Below are positions 26,070-32,000 of a stretch of DNA of 32,000 nt, one piece after another. This DNA comes from Xanthomonas campestris pv. campestris str. ATCC 33913 (GTDB lineage Bacteria; Pseudomonadota; Gammaproteobacteria; Xanthomonadales; Xanthomonadaceae), in contig NC_003902.1 of assembly GCF_000007145.1 (NCBI RefSeq), positions 1,207,436-1,239,435 on the forward strand, read 5' to 3'. Each line of letters begins with the position of its first letter. The stretch's first letter is position 1. The notes beneath the pieces were generated by a model, which worked only from the letters and a program-made list of their open reading frames with translations, was not told where the DNA came from and ran no database searches. The translations under genes were made by a program, and so were the position numbers.

Positions 26070-28147
26070 TGGAATTCCGGATCGCCGATACGTTTACTAC
26101 CAGCCTTGCCCGCTTGACCGGTGATGAGCAGAAGGCCGCCAAGACCACCGCGTTCGATTTGCAGGTTAATCCGAGCGGCAAGGGTATGAGCTTTCATAAG
26201 CTCGACAGGGCCAAAGACCTGAATTTCTGGTCAGTGCGCGTCAGCCGTGACATCCGTCTGATCGTTCACAAAACAGCGGGCAGCCTGTTGCTGTGCTACG
26301 TCGATCACCACGACAGGGCCTATCAATGGGCCGAGCGGCGCAAGCTTGAGGTGCATCCGACGACCGGCGCGGCACAACTCGTCGAGATCCGCGAACGTGT
26401 CGAGGAAATCCTCGTTCCGAAGTACGTCGAGGATCGTGCATCGGCTACGCGCCCTAAGCCGAAATTTTTCGAAAAATACAGTGATGCGCAATTGCTGGCC
26501 TATGGCGTGCCGCAGGAATGGCTAGGCGATGTAAAGGCTAGCGATGAGGATTCGCTGCTGGATTTGGCTGATCACCTGCCGGGCGAAGCGGCCGAGGCGC
26601 TGCTCGAACTTGCGACCGGCGGTACGCCTGCGTTGCCGGAAGTGGCGAGCAAAGGAGCAGACCCATTCCAGCACCCCGATGCGCAACGCCGCTTCCGCGT
26701 CATGTCTGATATGGACGAGTTGGTTCGCGCCCTTGAGTATCCATGGGACAAATGGACTGTGTTCCTACATCCGGCACAGCGGCAACTCGTCGAACGGAAT
26801 TACAACGGAGCGGCGCGCGTGTCCGGCTCGGCGGGCACGGGAAAAACTGTGGTGGCTTTGCACCGCGCTGTGCATCTGGCACATAAAGATGAAGACGCAC
26901 GTGTTCTGCTTTCCACGTTTTCCGATACCCTGGCCAACGCGTTGCGCGGCAATCTGTACCGACTTATCTGGAACACTCCTAAGCTCGGCGAGCGTATCGA
27001 CGTGGCTGCGATGGAGGCTATCGGTATTCGCTTGTATTCAGCGGAATTTGGCAAGCCAGTATTCGCTAGCCGGGATGAAATTTCCACTCTGCTGAAGGCT
27101 GCCGCCATGCAAGTCGATGGCCTGAAAGCCAACACTGCATTCATGCTCTCCGAATGGGAGGACGTGGTAGACACCTGGCAGGTCGATGACTGGGAGAGTT
27201 ACCGGGATGCCAAGCGGTTGGGCCGAAAGACGCGCCTACCGGAGGTGCAGCGCGCCTTGTATTGGCAGGCATTCGCCCAAGTAAAGTCACAGTTGGAACA
27301 GGCTGGCAAGATCACTGCCGCTGAAATGTTCGCTAGGCTTGCCGAAGTCATGCCCAAGCGTAAGCATCCGGTATTCGATTACATCGTGGTGGATGAGGCG
27401 CAGGACATTAGCGTGCAACAATTGCGCTTCCTTGCAACGATTTCCGGCAATCGCGCCAATGCACTCTTTTTCTCTGGCGACCTCGGCCAACGCATCTTCC
27501 AGACGCCGTTCTCGTGGAAACATCTGGGTGTTGATGTGCGTGGTCGATCGCGCACGCTCAATATCAATTACCGTACGTCACACCAGATTCGCTTGCAGGC
27601 CGACCGGCTACTCGGCCCCGATGTATCTGATGTGGACGGAAACGTCGAAAGCCGTAAGGGCACAATTTCCGTGTTCAATGGGCCGGAGCCGACCATCTGC
27701 AGCTATGCCGATGCCGACGCGGAAATCCAGGCTGTCGGTGTATGGTTGAAACAATGCAATAGCAGTGGCGTGCTGCCGCAGGAAATAGGTCTCTTTGTCC
27801 GGTCCGAAAGTGAATTGTCTCGCGCACAAGCGGCAGTAAAGGCCGCTGACCTGCAAGGGCGCGCACTTGGTAAGGACATGGCCACGGAAGAGAGCTTCGT
27901 CACTATTACCACCATGCATTTAGCCAAGGGCATGGAATTTCGCGTGGTTGCGGTGATGGCCTGCGATGATGAAATCATTCCTTCACAGATGCGCATCGAC
28001 ACTGCTGCCGACGAGGCCGATTTGACCGAAATCTACAATACCGAGCGCCAGTTGCTGTACGTGGCTTGCACCCGTGCCCGCGATCAGCTGCTTGTCTCGG
28101 CAGTGAAGCCGGAGTCTGAGTTTTTGCGAGATCTGGTGCAAGAGTAA
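26069..28147 (+). CDS. SF1 UvrD/Rep-like helicase with an N-terminal RelE/ParE-like domain
   Basis: ATG overlaps the Mod stop (TGATG). Motifs: GSAGTGKT (26825-26848), VVDEAQD, GDLGQRIF, INYRTSHQI, TMHLAKGMEFRVV and LLYVACTRARDQL. N-terminal roughly 90 aa: F..SL..L...EQ....TAFDLQ.NP..KG...HKL.......WSVRVSRDIRLIVHK...SLLLCYVDHHDRAYQWA. Confidence 0.85.
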   Translation: MEFRIADTFTTSLARLTGDEQKAAKTTAFDLQVNPSGKGMSFHKLDRAKDLNFWSVRVSRDIRLIVHKTAGSLLLCYVDHHDRAYQWAERRKLEVHPTTGAAQLVEIRERVEEILVPKYVEDRASATRPKPKFFEKYSDAQLLAYGVPQEWLGDVKASDEDSLLDLADHLPGEAAEALLELATGGTPALPEVASKGADPFQHPDAQRRFRVMSDMDELVRALEYPWDKWTVFLHPAQRQLVERNYNGAARVSGSAGTGKTVVALHRAVHLAHKDEDARVLLSTFSDTLANALRGNLYRLIWNTPKLGERIDVAAMEAIGIRLYSAEFGKPVFASRDEISTLLKAAAMQVDGLKANTAFMLSEWEDVVDTWQVDDWESYRDAKRLGRKTRLPEVQRALYWQAFAQVKSQLEQAGKITAAEMFARLAEVMPKRKHPVFDYIVVDEAQDISVQQLRFLATISGNRANALFFSGDLGQRIFQTPFSWKHLGVDVRGRSRTLNINYRTSHQIRLQADRLLGPDVSDVDGNVESRKGTISVFNGPEPTICSYADADAEIQAVGVWLKQCNSSGVLPQEIGLFVRSESELSRAQAAVKAADLQGRALGKDMATEESFVTITTMHLAKGMEFRVVAVMACDDEIIPSQMRIDTAADEADLTEIYNTERQLLYVACTRARDQLLVSAVKPESEFLRDLVQE

Positions 28148-28274
28148 TCGCTCGAGTTTTGGATTCTTCAGGGAATCGACAACCGAATGCGGTTTTTTGC
28201 GAGTCTTCTTGACTCATTGTAATTTGGGTAGCAATCTAGCGGTACGGAGCCTCGAAACTCCCCGTACAGCGGTA

Positions 28275-28303
28275 CCCACCTCCGACAAACCGGTGGGTTT
28301 TTT
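28275..28303 (+). terminator. Rho-independent terminator downstream of the Res-Mod-helicase operon
   Basis: CCCACC (28275-28280) pairs with GGTGGG (28292-28297) and is followed by TTTTTT (28298-28303). A weaker AACCG/CGGTT+TTTT hairpin lies at 28181-28199. Confidence 0.6.
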
Positions 28304-28343
28304 GTGCCTGCTTGTTTAGGGGCGCAACCGACGTGATGCCTGC

Positions 28344-28418
28344 GTCGGGAGGGCGGCTAATACAACACCCGCAAGGGGAATACGCCCGCCGGCTGTACGC
28401 GGTTTCGAGCCTCCCGAC
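28344..28418 (+). other. Predicted structured RNA element / 5' leader upstream of the small ORF pair
   Basis: 9-bp closing helix GTCGGGAGG / CCTCCCGAC. An inner helix GCGG/CCGC encloses a CCC-GCAA-GGG (GNRA) hairpin. Downstream are a CGCC-TTGC-GGCG hairpin and the palindrome TTCCATGGAA (28452-28461), just before the GAGGAG RBS. Confidence 0.3.
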
Positions 28419-28474
28419 TTCCCGTCCGTCGCCTTGCGGCGGGTGGGCTGATTCCATGGAATGAGGAGCAGGCC

Positions 28475-28771
28475 ATGTCGGACGTTGTACGAGATGCGCA
28501 GTCACACCCGGGCTACTACCTGCCAGAGCACGCGCAATACCGCCTGCAGCAACTACGTGACCACATGCGCTTTTTGGCGCGCTTGGCGCAGCCGCGTACG
28601 CAGGCCGAAGAGCAGGCGAGGCAACCGGCTATCCGCTTGGACGAGCTGGCGTGCTGCCTGGAGCTGCTGGCCGAGCAGGTAACGCAGGCACTGGCGCAGG
28701 TGCAGTGGCCCGCGCGGCTTGAGCTCGACGTCTCTGACAACGCGCGTGCTGACGACGGGGAGGCCGCATGA
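28475..28771 (+). CDS. Small acidic helical hypothetical protein (98 aa)
   Basis: Strong GAGGAG RBS 6 nt upstream, GC-rich third positions, and a stop overlapping the next start (ATGA). Confidence 0.5.
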   Translation: MSDVVRDAQSHPGYYLPEHAQYRLQQLRDHMRFLARLAQPRTQAEEQARQPAIRLDELACCLELLAEQVTQALAQVQWPARLELDVSDNARADDGEAA

Positions 28772-29037
28772 GCTGGACGGTGATGGCGTCGGCCCGCGCG
28801 CGCAGGCGGGCAGGAGATGACAAGCCGCGTGAGGTGTTTGCCTTCGCCATCACCCTGGAGCAAGTGGATGCGCTGGATCAGTTGCTGCTGACCATCGCCG
28901 CCCATGGCGATGTGATCGCTGCCGGCAACGCCGATCGGCTGGGCCGCGGCACCTTGCCCGTGCTGGGCAGCGCCATCTTCGATGCGGCCGGTGCCATGCG
29001 CACCATCCTGGACCAGTTGGCGCTTCAGCGGCTTTGA
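28768..29037 (+). CDS. Small hypothetical protein (89 aa), distant paralogue of the preceding ORF
   Basis: ATGA overlap with the upstream ORF. The block ITLEQVDALDQLLLTIA aligns with IRLDELACCLELLAEQV in the partner. Confidence 0.5.
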   Translation: MSWTVMASARARRRAGDDKPREVFAFAITLEQVDALDQLLLTIAAHGDVIAAGNADRLGRGTLPVLGSAIFDAAGAMRTILDQLALQRL

Positions 29038-29170
29038 TGGCCCTGTCTTGTCTGCTCCCTGCGCCCATGGTGCCTGCGCGTTGGCGTGGCAGATACAAGC
29101 GCCACCCGTCGCTGCGTGCAGCGGCCGATCTGCAGAACCCGGCGTATCGCGTCTGCAGAACGATCGGTCG

Positions 29171-30550
29171 TCATTGTTTCGTGGCAAGCGCCGCTTTTGC
29201 CAAGGCGGACATCAGCCGTTTTGCCTTCTCCGGATGCTTGACCTCGTTTTCGCTCACCTGCTCCACAACGCTGAGTCCATCGGCCTGTATCTGCCTTGGC
29301 GTGAACAGCATGCCTGCCGCGCCGGGAACCGAGGCCAGCAGCGTCAACGGGTCGTACAAGTTGAGTTTGGTGACCCTCGGCCAGATCTGGTCGAAGGCCA
29401 TGGCTTGGTTTGCGCCCTCTTGCGGGCTGTTTGCCTGCGGTAGTGCGTCTGCGGTGAACGTGCGAAAGAACCACGCCTGATCCAGGCCCGGAAGCAGCCC
29501 TGCCTGAATCCCTTCCCACAAGCCGTTCAAGGCGTTTTTCTGCACGTCTTCGAGATATCTGCCCACCGAATGCCCACTCTTCGCCAGGCCTTCGTAGAAC
29601 GAGGGCGACACCGCTGTCTTGTAGGCAGCTTCCTTGGTCACGATGCGCAACGGGATCTGCAGTTGCTGTGCCTTGCGGTACAGGCCACAGGCCGCGTCCA
29701 GGTCTGTCGCATTGTTGTAGGCGCGTGCGTCGGGCTGCACATGGCCGTCGGCGTCCCTGGCCGGCTCGACGCCCCCCATGATGGTGATGCTCTTGACGCG
29801 CTCGCGCACAAGCGCCGGATGCGCATCGACCAGCGCATGGGCGTCGGTCATGCCGGCAATCACCACCATGCTCAGCCCCTGCGGTGCCTGCATCAGGCGC
29901 TCGTGCAGCGCTTGCAGGCTGTTGTCGCAAATTTCGGCCGATTCCGCACGCAACCCCTGGCCTTCCTGCAGGAATTTGGCATGGTCCTTGGCCTGTTTCG
30001 CACTCATCAGGTAATCCTGCCCGCGTGAGACACGCACATTGGGGAGTTGCAGGCGGTTGAACACGCCCTTTGCGAGCCGGGCGCGCTCCTCGCGCACGCT
30101 GGCATCGCCCAAGGTCACCGCAACGTCGGTGAGGCGTACAAAGCCCGTTACCTGCAGTTGCTTGCCGATGGTGTAGGCGACCACATCGTCGGGGTCCTTG
30201 TTGGGGTCGGTAAACAGCACCGTGTCGCGCGGTGTCGCCGGGGTGTGGAAACTGAGCTCCCGCAGCACCGCTGCTTCGTCGGGCGTCAGGCACGTACCGC
30301 CTTCGGCCCCGAGTTCGGCAAGCATTCGGCGCTGTGTTGCCGTCAGCGCAGGCGCACTGAGTGAGCGTTTGAGGACGGCAGCGCCTTGTGGTCTTTTCCG
30401 CGGCAATGCCTGCAGCGCCCCATCGCTGATCTGCGCGCAGGGCAGGTGTTGATCTGCCGACACGGTTGCAGTGCGCTCACCCGTAGACCCGGACGTTGCA
30501 TGAGCGCCTGCGGGCACATGCAGTGTGGGGCGATGCCTGATGGAATCCAT
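29171..30550 (-). CDS. xopQ: Type III secreted effector XopQ/HopQ1 family (nucleoside-hydrolase-like fold)
   Basis: 459 aa. The sequence is collinear with my recollection of HopQ1/XopQ: KRSLSAPALT..QR.ML, FTDPNKDPDDVVAYTIGKQLQ, ITIMGGVEP..DADG.VQPDARAYNNATD, IPLRIVTKEAAYKTAVSPSFYEG, KLNLYDPLTLLASVPGAA and HPEKAKRLMSALAKAAL. GAGGA RBS. PIP box upstream. Confidence 0.92.
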   Translation of the reverse strand: MDSIRHRPTLHVPAGAHATSGSTGERTATVSADQHLPCAQISDGALQALPRKRPQGAAVLKRSLSAPALTATQRRMLAELGAEGGTCLTPDEAAVLRELSFHTPATPRDTVLFTDPNKDPDDVVAYTIGKQLQVTGFVRLTDVAVTLGDASVREERARLAKGVFNRLQLPNVRVSRGQDYLMSAKQAKDHAKFLQEGQGLRAESAEICDNSLQALHERLMQAPQGLSMVVIAGMTDAHALVDAHPALVRERVKSITIMGGVEPARDADGHVQPDARAYNNATDLDAACGLYRKAQQLQIPLRIVTKEAAYKTAVSPSFYEGLAKSGHSVGRYLEDVQKNALNGLWEGIQAGLLPGLDQAWFFRTFTADALPQANSPQEGANQAMAFDQIWPRVTKLNLYDPLTLLASVPGAAGMLFTPRQIQADGLSVVEQVSENEVKHPEKAKRLMSALAKAALATKQ

Positions 30551-30625
30551 CTGCTGTCCTCGCGTCGATGCTGGCCAATGAAGCGATCAGGATGGAGGCG
30601 GCTCCATTCCCTGGGATATCGATCG

Positions 30626-30650
30626 GCGAAGGGCGTTGCAACGACACGAA
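30626..30650 (-). promoter_or_regulatory. PIP box (HrpX-dependent plant-inducible promoter) of xopQ
   Basis: The minus strand reads TTCGT-N15-TTCGC, matching the consensus TTCGB-N15-TTCGB. A YANNNT-type -10 (CATCCT, plus-strand coordinates 30589-30594) lies 31 nt downstream, about 39 nt before the ATG. Confidence 0.85.
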
Positions 30651-30988
30651 GCGCAGGTTGCCTGTTGCACTGCTTCGAGTGTGAAAGCGTGACCATCAGC
30701 ATGGCGCGCGTTGCGATCTGCAGAGATCCTGCGCCCTCACGATGCGATTGCCGTCTGCCTGACGACTGCCTTCTACGCCGTTGTCAGATGGATTGGTCAG
30801 TCACTTACTTGCGGCTGCGCGAAGCCGCGCATCTGTAAAGGCTTCTGCATCGTCTGCTGGCTGAGCGCGCTGCGACGCATGCACGTCGCCAGACCGTCCA
30901 TTTTTTCGGTCTTGCGCCAAGCGCAATGACGCTTGCGTAGCAGAGTGGTACGCAAGCACTTTGGTGAATCTGTTCTAAGAGGTGAGGC

Positions 30989-31738
30989 ATGGGTTCCTTC
31001 CCAGTGACTTCTGTGGCTCGTGAAGCGGTAAGACACGATCAGCGCGAGGCGCAGGCCCCGCGTGAGGTGGGTTACTCCTCGCAACGCGGCGACCCGCAGG
31101 CCAATCCACAATTGAAGCAAGACCTGTCGCGTGCGCCCGTGCGTGCGGCGCGGCTCAAGGCCCCACGCGTGCCTATCGGTGTGCACATTGCGAATACCGG
31201 GCTGCAGGCAGCGCGGTTTGCCACCTCTGCGGTCGCAGGGCCAGCCGAAGCCGCAGTTCTGGACGCGGTGCATGCGCCCGCTGCGGCGGCATATGACTAT
31301 GCAAAAGGGGAGGTGTCCTGGAAAAAGAATGCGGGTGTCACGCTTGCGCCGGCCTTGGCCTACGCCGTGGTGATGGGCACGCTGTCTGCCGTGCAGTATC
31401 TGGCGAACCGGTACCTGCAAGCGCAGTCGCAGACGAGTGTCAGCAAGGCCGACAGGGCGAAGGAGTTGGGCGTCACCGAAGCATGCCTGGACGCGGCCGT
31501 TGCCATGGTGAACAAGGGGGAGGTGGCCGGTCCCGGGGGTGAGATGACCGAAGAAGAGGCAGCTGCGCTGGCAGCAGATCTTCAGAACCTGGCAACGGCA
31601 GACCGTTCCCGGCTGCCGCCAGAGCTCTGGCGCGCTGCCAGCGGCGTTGGCGACGACGCCTACGCATTGGTCACGCAACTGCTCTTGGCCGCAAGAGCCC
31701 GCGCGTCTGCAGAGGCGTCTGCATCGTACGGCAGTTGA
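30989..31738 (+). CDS. Hypothetical Ala-rich protein with one predicted TM segment
   Basis: 249 aa. GAGGTGAGG RBS, GC-rich third positions, hydrophobic stretch VTLAPALAYAVVMGTLSAVQYL. No recognisable family. Confidence 0.5.
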   Translation: MGSFPVTSVAREAVRHDQREAQAPREVGYSSQRGDPQANPQLKQDLSRAPVRAARLKAPRVPIGVHIANTGLQAARFATSAVAGPAEAAVLDAVHAPAAAAYDYAKGEVSWKKNAGVTLAPALAYAVVMGTLSAVQYLANRYLQAQSQTSVSKADRAKELGVTEACLDAAVAMVNKGEVAGPGGEMTEEEAAALAADLQNLATADRSRLPPELWRAASGVGDDAYALVTQLLLAARARASAEASASYGS

Positions 31739-31802
31739 AAGGTGATCCCACGCGTTGCTGGTTGGAGTGGCGGGCCACGCATGCCCTGCCGGGTTTTCCG
31801 AA

Positions 31803-32000
31803 CTACACCGGCGCAGACTTCAAAATCCCAGACAAACTCTCTCGCAAGATCAACTGCAGATGCATGCGGTTGAGTTCCATGCCGCTGGTCATTACGTTGT
31901 GCAGGCCGCCGCACATGGCGGCCACGGCGAAGACGCGGGCCTGGAATTCCTGCTCGCTGCTGGCCGGGTCGGCGTGGCCGCGCAGCAGGCGCTTGAGCAG
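31803..32000 (-). CDS. 3' end of an unidentified gene running in from the window edge (65 codons)
   Basis: Open frame on the minus strand from 32000 to the stop (TAG, complement of 31803-31805): LLKRLLRGHADPASSEQEFQARVFAVAAMCGGLHNVMTSGMELNRMHLQLILRESLSGILKSAPV. It is absent from the ORF track because it has no start in the window. The product is unknown, possibly the C-terminus of a regulator. Confidence 0.4.
   Translation of the reverse strand: MLKRLLRGHADPASSEQEFQARVFAVAAMCGGLHNVMTSGMELNRMHLQLILRESLSGILKSAPV

Noticed and set aside
28344-28418. A 75-nt element closed by a helix of at least 7 bp, with a GGTTTCGAGCC stretch resembling a T-loop. Is it a tRNA, or a tRNA-derived att site?
   Set aside because: Threading onto the cloverleaf fails. 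Positions 10-13 and 22-25 do not pair, the putative T-stem (GTACG/GAGCC) does not pair, there is no U8, and there is no CCA or discriminator context. It is kept only as an unclassified structured element.

Overview
This is a high-GC chromosome segment, almost certainly from Xanthomonas. The evidence is a xopQ/hopQ1-type type III effector behind a canonical PIP box and two genes with XVIPCD-type C-terminal tails, the signal of X-T4SS effectors. Positions 1-8.8 kb are conserved housekeeping: the cbpA 3' end, a single-domain response regulator, hflK-hflC-DUF2065, purA and a secreted M1 aminopeptidase. An unusual array of about 155-bp degenerate tandem repeats grows out of the response-regulator 3' end. 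From about 8.9 kb the window is accessory. (i) A lipoprotein-immunity/XVIPCD-effector operon lies on the minus strand (9.9-12.1 kb). (ii) A divergent SDR/TetR pair follows. (iii) Two tandem paralogous six-cysteine lipoproteins precede a second XVIPCD effector, which is cut by a single in-frame TAG (14.2-18.0 kb). (iv) A roughly 10-kb block of defence genes (18.1-28.1 kb) holds an AbiE-like wHTH/nucleotidyltransferase pair, a ParD/ParE-like pair and a tightly coupled three-gene operon. That operon encodes a Res-like SF2 helicase-nuclease, a 972-aa beta-class DPPY methyltransferase and an SF1 UvrD-like helicase with an N-terminal RelE/ParE-like domain. (v) A structured non-coding stretch precedes two translationally coupled small paralogous ORFs (28.2-29.0 kb). 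(vi) xopQ with its PIP box, a divergent hypothetical gene and a truncated minus-strand ORF close the window. The Res-Mod-(RelE-fold)helicase operon is my best candidate for an undescribed system. The two T4SS effector/immunity loci, one with an unknown toxin domain and one decayed but with duplicated immunity, rank second. No tRNA, rRNA, CRISPR array, integrase or transposase was seen. All family assignments come from motif recognition by eye; no database search was possible.
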